Of a DNA stretch of 64,000 nt, positions 11,545 through 20,957 are shown piece by piece. The notes below the pieces were generated by a model. The model saw nothing but the letters and a program-made list of their open reading frames with translations. It was not told where the DNA came from and did not search any database. A program made the translations under genes and the position numbers. Every line of letters begins with the position of its first letter. Positions within the stretch are counted from its first letter, which is position 1. Origin of the DNA: Candidatus Latescibacterota bacterium. GTDB taxonomy: Bacteria > Latescibacterota > UBA2968 > UBA8231. The stretch is from positions 96,001-160,000 of the forward strand of contig CBDCDC010000001.1 in NCBI GenBank assembly GCA_965215195.1. The letters run 5' to 3'.

Positions 11545-11656
11545 CCTCTGCGCACTCGCGGGTCGAGGTGCCAAGGCCGCTGGGAACCCCACGCCAAGGC
11601 GGCCGCAGCACCTCGCACCCGCGCGCACTCCTTAACTCCCCCAAGGAGGTGAAATC

Positions 11657-11908
11657 ATGCAGACTGCCAGACTAAACCCCCTGCAAGCGCGCATTGACCA
11701 CGCCCGCTCTTGGGCCGACTTGGAGCTGCTGTGCGAGCACATCGACGCTGCCTATCAGTGCGGCGAGCTCGATCTGTCCAGTGCCGACGAGCTAAGTGCC
11801 TTGGTTGCGGCTGCCGCCCTGAAGGTGCCCGAGCAGCCCAGCATCCCCGCCGAAGTGCTCTTAGGTCGGGAGCGGGAAATGTCGCACAACACCCGCCAAG
11901 CCGCCTGA
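11657..11908 (+). CDS. Small helical hypothetical protein
   Basis: Strong RBS AAGGAGGT upstream, host codon usage, followed by a terminator. Confidence 0.7.
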   Translation: MQTARLNPLQARIDHARSWADLELLCEHIDAAYQCGELDLSSADELSALVAAAALKVPEQPSIPAEVLLGREREMSHNTRQAA

Positions 11909-11949
11909 CCAAGCCGCGACACAGCCCGCCTTTAGGGTGGGCCAACATG

Positions 11950-11980
11950 GGCACTGGAGTAAAAAACTCCGGTGCCTTTT
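11950..11980 (+). terminator. Intrinsic terminator
   Basis: GGCACTGGAGT-AAAAA-ACTCCGGTGCC-TTTT. Confidence 0.75.
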
Positions 11981-12017
11981 GTTTGCAAAAAACAGCCCAT
12001 GCCGTATAATCAAAGGC

Positions 12018-12605
12018 ATGCCCCGCAGTCCGTTGGAAACCCCCGCCTTAAGAGTGCTAATCGAGCGCCAGCAAGTACAGCAGCGCATCGGCGAGTTGGC
12101 CCAGATGCTAGCCGCCGACTACGCTGGGTCCGCCCCCTTATTTATCGGCCTCCTCAACGGGTCAGTGCCGTTTATGATGGCCCTCGTGAACCGCCTGCCC
12201 GAGGAGCTGTCGGCGCGGTTGGACTACGATTTTATCGGCGTTTCGAGCTATCGGGGCACGGAGAATACCGGGCAGGTCGAGCTGACCAAAGACCTCGTCG
12301 TCGCCGTGGCCGGCCGGGACGTGCTCGTCGTCGATGGCATCGTCGATACGGGCCGATCGCTAAATTTTGTGATGGCCATGATAGCGTCGCGGCAACCCCT
12401 TTCGCTCAGAGCATGTACGCTGCTGGACAAACGCGCTCGCCGAGAGTTTCCAGTGCCGATAGATTACTGTGGTTTTGAAATTGAAGACACGTTCGTCGTT
12501 GGCTACGGCATGGATTGCAACCAGCGCTACCGCGCCCTGCGCTACATCGCCGCCATCGAATACGCCAGAGGAGAATCGGATCAATGGCCCCCAAGAAAGT
12601 CTTAA
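12018..12605 (+). CDS. hpt: Hypoxanthine phosphoribosyltransferase
   Basis: GLLNGSVPF, VSSYRG, VLVVDGIVDTGRSL PRPP motif, FVVGYGMD..YR. Confidence 0.9.
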   Translation: MPRSPLETPALRVLIERQQVQQRIGELAQMLAADYAGSAPLFIGLLNGSVPFMMALVNRLPEELSARLDYDFIGVSSYRGTENTGQVELTKDLVVAVAGRDVLVVDGIVDTGRSLNFVMAMIASRQPLSLRACTLLDKRARREFPVPIDYCGFEIEDTFVVGYGMDCNQRYRALRYIAAIEYARGESDQWPPRKS

Positions 12606-13402
12606 TTACCGGCGTTTGCGGATTGATCGCCGGGACTGTGTATCGGCATCTGCACACCCAACCCGACGGCTATGACCTCTATGGCCTAGCACGGCGCCCC
12701 CAGCTTTCGGAGCGGGTGCCCAAAGACGCAGAGTTGGGAATTCCCGAAGAGAAATTCACCCTCGCAGACCTGACCGACTACAACGCGCTAGCAAAGGCTG
12801 TCGAGGGTATGGACGTGGTCGTGCAACTGGCAGCCGACCCGCGGCCAGACGCTAGTTGGGAGAGCCTGCTCGGCAGCAATATCGTCGGGCCGCGCAATGT
12901 GCTGGAGGCCGCGCGCCGCGCTGGCGTCAGGCGCGTGGTCTTCGCCAGTTCGATCATGGTGTCTTGGGGCTACCAGCAGGAGGACCCGTACAAGGCAATC
13001 TCCGAAGGGCGCTTTGACGCAGTCGATGCCGGTCAGGTACAGATCGTGACCCACGAGTGGCCGCATCGGCCGACTGGCCTCTATCCGGCGACCAAAATTT
13101 GGGGCGAGGCCCTAGCGCGATACTACGCCGACGTTCACAATATGTCGGTGCCCTGTCTGCGCATCGGCTGGGTCAATGCCGAGGACCACCCGCGCGACGA
13201 GCGGGGCGGGGCCATCTGGTGCAGCCAGCGCGACGTGGTGCAGCTCGTGCAGCGCGCCATCGAAGCGCCCGCGGACTTGCGCTTTGATATTTTTTACGGC
13301 GTGTCCAACAACCGCTGGCGCTGGGTCGATATCGACCATCCGCGCGAGGTCTTGGGCTATATCCCGGCAGACAGCGCCGAAGAGAAGCTGGGGCTGGCCT
13401 GA
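12584..13402 (+). CDS. NAD-dependent epimerase/dehydrogenase (uronate dehydrogenase-like)
   Basis: ITGVCGLIA Rossmann motif, VFASS, YPATK (YxxxK), LRIG, YGVSNN. Confidence 0.85.
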   Translation: MAPKKVLITGVCGLIAGTVYRHLHTQPDGYDLYGLARRPQLSERVPKDAELGIPEEKFTLADLTDYNALAKAVEGMDVVVQLAADPRPDASWESLLGSNIVGPRNVLEAARRAGVRRVVFASSIMVSWGYQQEDPYKAISEGRFDAVDAGQVQIVTHEWPHRPTGLYPATKIWGEALARYYADVHNMSVPCLRIGWVNAEDHPRDERGGAIWCSQRDVVQLVQRAIEAPADLRFDIFYGVSNNRWRWVDIDHPREVLGYIPADSAEEKLGLA

Positions 13403-13406
13403 GCCA

Positions 13407-13964
13407 ATGGGCCGCGCGCCTAAGACCAAAACGGACCTATTGTCCGTCAAGCTGTTCTTTGTCGTCCTAGGGGCCATTGTCGCCTACAATGTCGTCGATT
13501 GGGTGCGCGGTGCGCCGGAATGGGAGGAGCGGACCTATGAGCCGGGGGCCTTTGCAGTGCAGATGGCCGGCCGGCCCAATCTGCGCAAGCTGCGCGAGCA
13601 GTTGTCCTTTGGCGAGGTAGAGTTCCAATACCTGATGTTCGAGCGCGCCGACGTGCAATACGCCATTGCCTACGGAGACGTGCCCGAGGCCGTCCAAGCC
13701 GATAGCGCGATTGCCGCGCACCGAGATGCCATCTTGCAGAAGGTGACGGGGACGATCCTGTCGGAGGCCGCCGTTGAGATGGACGGATATCCCGCTTGGC
13801 AGACGCAGATACAAGCTGCGGACCAAAGCCTGTTGCGATTGCAGAGCCTACAGGTGGGCCAGCGGCTCTACAGCTTGATGGCGGTCGGAGCGCCCTATGC
13901 GTTTGACGATTCCTCGGATATCGAGCGATTTTTCGCATCCTTCAGACTCGTCAAGCCCCGATGA
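13407..13964 (+). CDS. Membrane-anchored hypothetical protein
   Basis: N-terminal hydrophobic helix; C-terminal RFFASFRL; host codon usage. Confidence 0.7.
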   Translation: MGRAPKTKTDLLSVKLFFVVLGAIVAYNVVDWVRGAPEWEERTYEPGAFAVQMAGRPNLRKLREQLSFGEVEFQYLMFERADVQYAIAYGDVPEAVQADSAIAAHRDAILQKVTGTILSEAAVEMDGYPAWQTQIQAADQSLLRLQSLQVGQRLYSLMAVGAPYAFDDSSDIERFFASFRLVKPR

Positions 13965-13967
13965 TAA

Positions 13968-14069
13968 GCCCCGTTCGAGCTGGTTGACAAAGGCGACTTG
14001 CAAGCGGCCGTGGATCTGCTGACCGCCTTTCTCGAAGAGGGTCATCGAGCCGACTTGACGCTCGTCTGA
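13968..14069 (+). pseudogene. Orphan 3' fragment resembling an M42 aminopeptidase C-terminus
   Basis: APFELVDKGDLQAAVDLLTAFLEEGHRADLTLV*; no start codon or upstream body. Confidence 0.45.
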
Positions 14070-14351
14070 ATAAGTGCGGAATGACGAAGACGCCGTGTGC
14101 AACTGTTGCAACTGCTATGTCCACACAACACGCATAGAGTGCTCAGGGCCGTATCAGCAGTAATACCTCGTTTCCCCAACACGATCTCGTTGATACCGAA
14201 ACCCTAGTTTTAAGAACGCCTCTAATGGCTTCGCCGTGCCCGAACCGCGCATGCGGTTGGGCGGAGGTGCCTTCAGGTGCCGGAGCGGGCATGGTCGTGT
14301 TAGGCGACGCTGTAAACGTTGGGCATCGGTAGCTTTGCTGCTCCGGGCACA

Positions 14352-15200
14352 TCAGAAGATCCTGTAAACTTCAGTCATACACCGATCAACAAGAGCTCTA
14401 TCTTGTACGTAGCCAAGGATTCCATAGAATCCATACGGGTACTTCACAACATGACCAAGGTTCCAGTCCCCTTTCTGCTCGACCCAGTATTGCTTCTGAA
14501 GTGGTTTTGCCTCCTTTCGTGAATGCTCCGCTCTTGGTATATCCGATTCCAGCGGCCCCAATCGAATTCGCCGAATAAATGCTTCAAACCCTGCTCTAGC
14601 AGCCTGAACAGTTTCTAGATATCCCATGCATTGCAGATCCAATAATGCCTTGGAATAGGTCAATAGATGGCCCGTCCATCCCTGTCCCCTGCCGTCAAAT
14701 CGTCTCCCGCATTCGAGGAATTCTTCCAGTACAAACTCCGCAAACGCTTGGCCATGTACTGGATCAGGTACTTCGACTGGGTCCGAATCGGGTACATCGG
14801 ATACGGTGAAACTCTCAATGAGCCTACAGATGCCCTCTACTCGAGACTCCGTGACTGCCCCTAGAACATCGTTAAAGGCCTTCAACGCCAGTGTTGGAAG
14901 GATGACGTTGTGTCCGGCCTGGCGCAAACCGTCCGTGTTTCGAGCCAGCGTGTCTAGTATTCTTTGCCTCAACCCGGGCTGCGCATCTTCATCTGGGAAA
15001 GGGGCGCACAGATCTGTATGCGTCCAGTGCTTGTCAATCAGTCGCCCCAACACCTGTGGAACTTCGTCCTCAACTGGGTTCTCTTTGCAGAGATAGATGG
15101 CTGAGATGATCGCACCGCCACGATGCCCGTCCTCAAAGTAATCGAGGGAATGAGCCCGGCTCACAGCATTCAATCCGAATAAGAGGTAGTTTGCGTTCAT
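14352..15200 (-). CDS. Hypothetical His-motif protein, paralog of 16136..17086
   Basis: 282 aa, RBS AAGGAG, lower GC; GHRG, RQAGHNVI, GHLL, GHVVKYPYGF. Confidence 0.85.
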   Translation of the reverse strand: MNANYLLFGLNAVSRAHSLDYFEDGHRGGAIISAIYLCKENPVEDEVPQVLGRLIDKHWTHTDLCAPFPDEDAQPGLRQRILDTLARNTDGLRQAGHNVILPTLALKAFNDVLGAVTESRVEGICRLIESFTVSDVPDSDPVEVPDPVHGQAFAEFVLEEFLECGRRFDGRGQGWTGHLLTYSKALLDLQCMGYLETVQAARAGFEAFIRRIRLGPLESDIPRAEHSRKEAKPLQKQYWVEQKGDWNLGHVVKYPYGFYGILGYVQDRALVDRCMTEVYRIF

Positions 15201-15345
15201 GCTATTGCTCCTTGCAAATGAGTTTGTTCTGCTCGCTACTCAAATTCGCAAAAAAAAAGGCCCTCCGAATCGCTCGGAGGACCAGTCTAAAGGTCTGCAA
15301 TTAGGCCAAGATATGGCCTGTCCCAAAGGACAGGGCGGCGCTAAT

Positions 15346-15723
15346 TCACACGGTAATAAGCCCCTGTTGCGCGGCCAGCGCCACGGCCTCGGTGCGGTTG
15401 CCAGCCCCCAACTTGCGCAGCAGGGCGCTGACATGGAACTTGGCGGTGCGCTCGCCAATGTGCAGGACGGCGGCGATTTCCTTGTTCTGCAACCCCTTGG
15501 CCAACAGTTCGAGCACTTCCCGCTCGCACGGCGTCAATCCAGCCGGCGCACTCTCCCCGCTGAGCTGGCCGAGCAAGCGCGCGGCGACCACCGGCTGCAA
15601 GAGCGACCCCCCGGCATAGACTATGCGAATGGCCTGAAAAACCTCTTCCCGCGGCGCGCTCTTGAGCAGATAGCCCTGCGCCCCGGCCTGCACGGCGCGC
15701 AAAATCCGCTCATCCGTGTCAAA
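15346..15723 (-). pseudogene. 5'-truncated NarL/LuxR-family response regulator
   Basis: FDTDERILRAVQAGAQGYLLK (REC end) plus LTPCEREVLELLAKGLQNKEIA..HVSALLRKL HTH; phosphoacceptor half absent. Confidence 0.85.
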
Positions 15724-15940
15724 ATTGGTCGTTGTATAATCGCGCGTTGGTCGCTCGGGGGAGCCTGACGGTGTGGCTGGACGATTGTTTGTGGAAGCAA
15801 TGGTATGCTCAGGGGCCGTCGCAACGGGGTGCTCAGTTTGTGTGTTCGGATCCAACGATTGCATGGATTTTGACGATGCGGATGTTGCTTCAGTTGCCGT
15901 TGCGCCAGACGCAGGGCTTTATCCAATCGCTTTTGGGTCT
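15720..15940 (+). mobile_element. IS5-family (IS903-group-like) transposase N-terminal fragment
   Basis: NWSLYNRALVARGSLTVWLD...RGAQFVCSD..LPLRQTQGFIQSLL; no DDE core or terminal repeats visible. Confidence 0.8.
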
Positions 15941-16135
15941 GAGATTCATGCAACAACGCCCGGTCGAACTGTCAAAAAGGACAGGCTTCGTGCTGAACTT
16001 TTTGACAGATATAAATCTGTTCTATTGTACGATGCGGAGGGTTTTGTAGGAGCTATATTTTTAGTATTTCTAGACAGGGAGTAAATGGCCCCTATTTGAT
16101 GGGTTGTAAAATCACAGCACAGAGGAGGTATTCCG

Positions 16136-17086
16136 ATGATCAATTTTGAATTTCTCAAGAAAGGTCTTTTCGGCTTGAGCCGTGCATACCGGGCAAATAC
16201 CATGACTGGACATCTGGGCGCAGCCGTCGTCGCTGGATACTTCTTTAGCGAACGACATCCCCAACTTGACTCCAAGGTTCACGCAGGTATCGAGAATGAG
16301 CTGAGTCGTATCATCCAAGGCGAAGAGTTGGCGTTTAATCCAAGAAAAGACGATGACATTGCGGTTCCTGAGCTGTTTGAACCACACTCTGAAGAAAAAC
16401 CACGAGAAGACCAAATCGAGCGTATTGCACAGGCGCTGTCCCACAATATCGACAAGACGCGTCAGTCAGGACACAACGTGATTTTTGCTGCTATTGCGAT
16501 TCGGGCCCTTAAAGACCATCCAGAGTATGCGACACCATCCATCATCGAAGGCATCTCCAGGTTGATCCGAGGCTTCGACGATGAATCCCCTGGAAACGGG
16601 TACTACGGAAAGACCATTGGCCGGATCGATGGTAACAAAGTTTCCTTGAATGAGGATGACGATTTTCCACTGTATTCCGATCAACAGGCAATGGCGGAAG
16701 TGGTGCTGGACGAATTAATTCATAAGGCTGCCGAGCGCCGACAGGGGTTTGGCGGACTCCACCATATTATCAACCATGCCGCTGCGCTGACTGAGCTATC
16801 ACAATATGGCTACAAGGAATTAGGGGAAATGGGCCTTAGGGCGCACCAGCAGCATATGCGATTGTGGAGATCATTGCCAAACGTATCGAACGAATTGGGC
16901 GCTGAAAAACCGGTGGAACATGATCCCAGAATACCGGCTTTTTGGGACTCTTTAAGAGTTGAGAAAGGGCGCGCTAAACTCACGCACCGAATCAAGACAC
17001 TCTACGGTTTTTTTACGCTCGTTCGGCTTATTGACGATTCGACCAAGGCTAGGGAGGCTGAAGATAAGCTCCGTTATCTCATGTAA
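16136..17086 (+). CDS. Hypothetical His-motif protein, paralog of 14352..15200
   Basis: 316 aa, RBS GAGGAGG, lower GC; GHLG, RQSGHNVI, LHHII, THRIKTLYGF. Confidence 0.87.
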   Translation: MINFEFLKKGLFGLSRAYRANTMTGHLGAAVVAGYFFSERHPQLDSKVHAGIENELSRIIQGEELAFNPRKDDDIAVPELFEPHSEEKPREDQIERIAQALSHNIDKTRQSGHNVIFAAIAIRALKDHPEYATPSIIEGISRLIRGFDDESPGNGYYGKTIGRIDGNKVSLNEDDDFPLYSDQQAMAEVVLDELIHKAAERRQGFGGLHHIINHAAALTELSQYGYKELGEMGLRAHQQHMRLWRSLPNVSNELGAEKPVEHDPRIPAFWDSLRVEKGRAKLTHRIKTLYGFFTLVRLIDDSTKAREAEDKLRYLM

Positions 17087-17329
17087 TGGTCACTCAAAAA
17101 AAAGGGAACGTCGCTATCGATCATACCCAACGCGTCATTATCTTAAACGAATATTGCTTTTGTGCGCCCTTCAAAAAGCCACTTAACTGCCTGATATTAT
17201 TTGATATACGCCGCTATCATCTCACCTGCCAGATCCGAGTACAAGGTATAGCGGTCCTTGACTAGGCGCAGATTCTCCTGCGCTTGGTCCACTGTGCGCT
17301 GAAAAACAAAAACAAGGGGATATAGAAGA

Positions 17330-17353
17330 AAGCCCCTGAAAAATCAGGGGCTT
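17330..17353 (-). terminator. Hairpin downstream of tRNA-Val
   Basis: AAGCCCCTGA-AAAA-TCAGGGGCTT perfect 10-bp stem. Confidence 0.65.
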
Positions 17354-17359
17354 AGAAGA

Positions 17360-17436
17360 TGGTGGGCAATCGCAGACTTGAACTGCGGACCTCCTGCATG
17401 TCAAGCAGGCGCTCTAGCCAGCTGAGCTAATCGCCC
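17360..17436 (-). tRNA. tRNA-Val(GAC)
   Basis: Reverse complement GGGCGATTAGCTCAGCTGGCTAGAGCGCCTGCTT-GAC-ATGCAGGAGGTCCGCAGTTCAAGTCTGCGATTGCCCACCA. Confidence 0.96.
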
Positions 17437-17517
17437 TCATGTTGCCTAATTGCAAACGGGCCAATAATATATCCCCGCATACCAACTGCGTCAAGGTCGC
17501 ACGGAGAGGAGAGCAAA

Positions 17518-18570
17518 ATGCCCACCACCTACCGAGTTGGACTCATCGGCTGCGGGCGCATGGGTGCCACCATCGACGACGAAGTCAAAGGCGGCCCCAA
17601 TGCCCGGCTCTATCTGCCGTATTCGCATGCGGCGGCCATCGTCGCCTGCGAGCGCATGGAACTGGTCGCTGTCTGCGACCCGGTCAAGGAGAAGGCCGAA
17701 CGCATCCGCGCCCGCTACGGTGCCCAACGAGCCTATGCCGATTACAGGGAAATGATTGAGCACGAAAATCTCGACGTGGTCAGCATTGCCACCCGACCGG
17801 GCCCGCACGCCGAGCAGGTGATTTTCGCGGCCGAGGCCGGCGTCAAAGGCGTCTACTGCGAGAAGGCACTGTGCAACGCGGTACACGAGATGGACGCGAT
17901 GCTCGCCGCTTGCGAGCCGCGTGGCGTCAAATTCAACTACGGCACCCAGCGGCGCTACGCCGCACTCTACCGCAATGCGCGGGCGCTGATCGAGCGCGGC
18001 GACATCGGTCAGGTGCAGACGGTCGTGGCTCATTGCGGGATCAGCGTGGCGCAATGGGGCCACACGCACGCAGCCGACATGATGCTCTTTTTCGCGCTGG
18101 ATGCAGCGGCGGAATTCGCCCAAGGGACGGCACAGGCAGAGGCCGCGGATTGGGAGGGCGACTGGCTTACCAAGGACCCGGCGATCAGCAGCGGATACGT
18201 AAAGTTCAAAAACGGGATCCACGCCTATCTGGTGGGAGCGCCCGGCTGGGAGTTTGAAATCAGCGGCACCGAGGGCCAGCTACGCACTTTGAGCAACGGG
18301 ATGGGCTATAGCTTGCGCCAGAAAGACCAGCACGGGGAATTGCGCCCGGTGGCCGCGCCCGCAGCTATCGTTGAGAGCGGTACGCTGCGCGGGATGGAGG
18401 ACATCGTCCGGGCACTCGACGAGGATGGCGATACCCAAGGCAATCTGCCGCTCGCCTGTCGCAGCCAAGAGCTAATTTTCGCAATCGTGGAGTCGCATCG
18501 GCAGGGTGGGGCGCGGGTGGCCTTGCCGCTGGAGAACCGGGCCTTGTCGATTGCTCCAGATCACTACTAG
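17518..18570 (+). CDS. Gfo/Idh/MocA oxidoreductase
   Basis: GLIGCGRMG, VYCEKA, YGTQRR. Confidence 0.9.
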   Translation: MPTTYRVGLIGCGRMGATIDDEVKGGPNARLYLPYSHAAAIVACERMELVAVCDPVKEKAERIRARYGAQRAYADYREMIEHENLDVVSIATRPGPHAEQVIFAAEAGVKGVYCEKALCNAVHEMDAMLAACEPRGVKFNYGTQRRYAALYRNARALIERGDIGQVQTVVAHCGISVAQWGHTHAADMMLFFALDAAAEFAQGTAQAEAADWEGDWLTKDPAISSGYVKFKNGIHAYLVGAPGWEFEISGTEGQLRTLSNGMGYSLRQKDQHGELRPVAAPAAIVESGTLRGMEDIVRALDEDGDTQGNLPLACRSQELIFAIVESHRQGGARVALPLENRALSIAPDHY

Positions 18571-18663
18571 CGCCAATGCAGGTCAGCGTTGTCTCCTACG
18601 AGAAACGCTTCAAAATGAAGCTCAGGGTGCATTTCTCCCTCGCGTTCAATAGAGCACTTCTTT

Positions 18664-19791
18664 TTAGAAATACGTCATCAGCTTGTCCCAAAGCCCCATG
18701 CGGCCGATGCTCTTTTCAGCGTGGATGGGCACCTCGGCCAATAGGCTATCGCCCAGCGAGACCCGCAGCTTGCCCAGCGCGTCGCCAGCAGCGACCGGTG
18801 CCGGCAATTCCTCGGGTAGCTCTAGGTGGCGGACGATCTGTTTCTCCTGTTCGGGGCTGAGCACGGCGACTACAGTGTCTTGGGCCAAGACGCGCACCTC
18901 TGGCTCTATTCCCCAGTTGAGCACGACCTTGCCCATCAGCTCGCCGGTTTCGACGAGGGGTACGCGAGAGAAGCTATTAAAGCCCCAGTTTAGCAGACGG
19001 CTGGTCTCGCGCGTGCGGACGCGCCCCGATGGAGCACCTAAGATCACCGAGATCAGGCGCATCTCGTGGCGCTCGGCCGTGGCGACCAGACAGTACCCGG
19101 CGCGGCGGGTATAGCCAGTCTTAAACCCGTCAACTCCCCGGAACCTCCCTAGGAGCTTGTTGGTGGCGCGGAGCATAAACTTGCCGTTGCGGAACGGCTT
19201 GGAGCGAATGGAGGACCAAGCCAAAATTTCGGGGTACTCCAAGAGCGCACCGGCAATTTTGGAGAGGTCGCGAGCCGTAGTGATGTTGCTCTCGTTGCGA
19301 GGGGTATCGTCGAGACCATGCACGTTGACGAAGCGCGTGTCCGTCATGCCGAGGCTTTGGGCGCGGCTGTTCATCAGATCGACGAAGCCCTCGGCCGAGC
19401 CGCCGACGTGCTCGGCGATGGCGACGCAGGCATCGTTGGCCGAGGCGATGACGACCGTCTCCATGAGCTGCTCCAGTGTAAAGACTTCGCCTTGGGCTAG
19501 ATAGACCTGAGAGCCACCGGTTCTGGCGGCGCGGCGGGAGGCTTGAATCGGGTCGTCCAGAGCGACCTTACCGGCTTTGACCAAGTCCATGACCACCAGT
19601 TCGAGCATCAGCTTGAGGGTGCTGGCGGGCGAGCGCGGCAAATCTGGCTTGTGGGCAAAGAGCACGGCACCGCTTTCGGCTTCGAGCAAGATGGCGGCGG
19701 CATACGGTGGGTTTGGGCCGGGGTCGAAGGAGGCGGCTTGAAGCGGTACATACGACAGACATAAGGCGACACACAGCGAGCGAATGTACAT
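18664..19791 (-). CDS. D-alanyl-D-alanine carboxypeptidase (peptidase S11)
   Basis: Signal peptide, STLK (SxxK), SAN (SxN), KTG, PBP5-like C-terminal domain. Confidence 0.93.
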   Translation of the reverse strand: MYIRSLCVALCLSYVPLQAASFDPGPNPPYAAAILLEAESGAVLFAHKPDLPRSPASTLKLMLELVVMDLVKAGKVALDDPIQASRRAARTGGSQVYLAQGEVFTLEQLMETVVIASANDACVAIAEHVGGSAEGFVDLMNSRAQSLGMTDTRFVNVHGLDDTPRNESNITTARDLSKIAGALLEYPEILAWSSIRSKPFRNGKFMLRATNKLLGRFRGVDGFKTGYTRRAGYCLVATAERHEMRLISVILGAPSGRVRTRETSRLLNWGFNSFSRVPLVETGELMGKVVLNWGIEPEVRVLAQDTVVAVLSPEQEKQIVRHLELPEELPAPVAAGDALGKLRVSLGDSLLAEVPIHAEKSIGRMGLWDKLMTYF

Positions 19792-19973
19792 TGTCTCTCT
19801 CGATCAAAAAGCGGACGGGGATTACAAAACGCGGGGTTGCACAATGGGGTGTTTTCAAATGTAATAGCTCAGCCATTTTAGGTCAATCGCCGATCTAGCG
19901 GTCGGTGGAAAAAGCGTTGCACCGTTTGCACACGAGGGCCAGCAGCGTAATTTTAGACCAGAAAGGACAACAG

Positions 19974-20957
19974 ATGACTGCGGCAACCATGCCTCAACTC
20001 ACGTATAGTGGCAAGCCGGTCGCCATGGATCAGGTAGGCGAGCTTTGCCGCTCGGATGATGTAATCGACGATCGGGACGCGCTCTGGGAGCGGATGGAAG
20101 AAGACGGGTATTTGTTTTTGCCCGGGTATTTGGACCGGCGCGACGTGTTGGCGGCACGGGCAGAATTGTGCGAGCGCCTCTTCAAGTCCGGGGTGCTAGA
20201 CCCAGCACATCCACCCATGGAAGGCGTAGTGGCCACGGACAAGACGATCAATCCGGCGGCCACCGGCCCGTTTATGCCAATTTTAGCGCGCAACAACCCG
20301 CCTCTGGACAAGGTCCTCTACGACGGCCCGATGATGGCCTTTTACGAGTTCTTCTTGGGAGGGCCGGTCCGGCATTACGACTACACTTGGTTCCGCGCCA
20401 AGCAGCCGGGTACGCATACGGCCACGACCCCGCATTGCGACATCGTCTATATGGGCCGAGGGACCAAGGCGCTCTATACGTCGTGGACGCCCTTCAGCGA
20501 CGTGCCCTACGAAATGGGCGGCCTGATGGTGTTGGAGGGATCGCACCAAAACCAAGCTCTGAAACAAGGCTACGGCCAAACCGACGTGGATGCGTTTTGC
20601 GAAAACGACGGCCCCACAGCGCGCCAAATCGTCGCGGCCGCTCAAGAGCAGGGCCGCGAGTTGACCAAGCGGGAACGCGAGCAAATTCGCTGGAACTCGT
20701 CCGGGGCCTATGCACACGACGCGATTGCCGTGCGCGAGGAGCTACAGGGCCGTTGGCTGACGGCCGAGTACCAGATGGGGGATTTGCTGGTCTTCTGCAT
20801 GTATCTGTTGCACGCCAGCTCAGACAACCAGACGGACCGCATTCGCCTCTCGGCCGATACGCGCTACCAGCGTTCCCACGAGCCAATCGACGAGCGCTGG
20901 ATCGGCCACGACCCGCCCGCGCACGGCATCCGCGCCAAGCGGGGCATGGTGTGCTGA
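19974..20957 (+). CDS. Phytanoyl-CoA dioxygenase (PhyH) family Fe/2-oxoglutarate enzyme
   Basis: EDGYLFL, PHCD (HxD), GGLMVLEGSH, GDLLVF..LH, RLSADTRY. Confidence 0.9.
   Translation: MTAATMPQLTYSGKPVAMDQVGELCRSDDVIDDRDALWERMEEDGYLFLPGYLDRRDVLAARAELCERLFKSGVLDPAHPPMEGVVATDKTINPAATGPFMPILARNNPPLDKVLYDGPMMAFYEFFLGGPVRHYDYTWFRAKQPGTHTATTPHCDIVYMGRGTKALYTSWTPFSDVPYEMGGLMVLEGSHQNQALKQGYGQTDVDAFCENDGPTARQIVAAAQEQGRELTKREREQIRWNSSGAYAHDAIAVREELQGRWLTAEYQMGDLLVFCMYLLHASSDNQTDRIRLSADTRYQRSHEPIDERWIGHDPPAHGIRAKRGMVC

Noticed and set aside
14237-14305. Integron attC site after the 282-aa gene
   Set aside because: GCCTAAC is present on the minus strand, but the partner is GTTCGGG, arm pairing is poor, and no intI or second site was seen.
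15346-15864. Intact 172-aa response regulator
   Set aside because: Its first 47 aa are the antisense of the IS5 fragment; it is a chimeric pseudogene.
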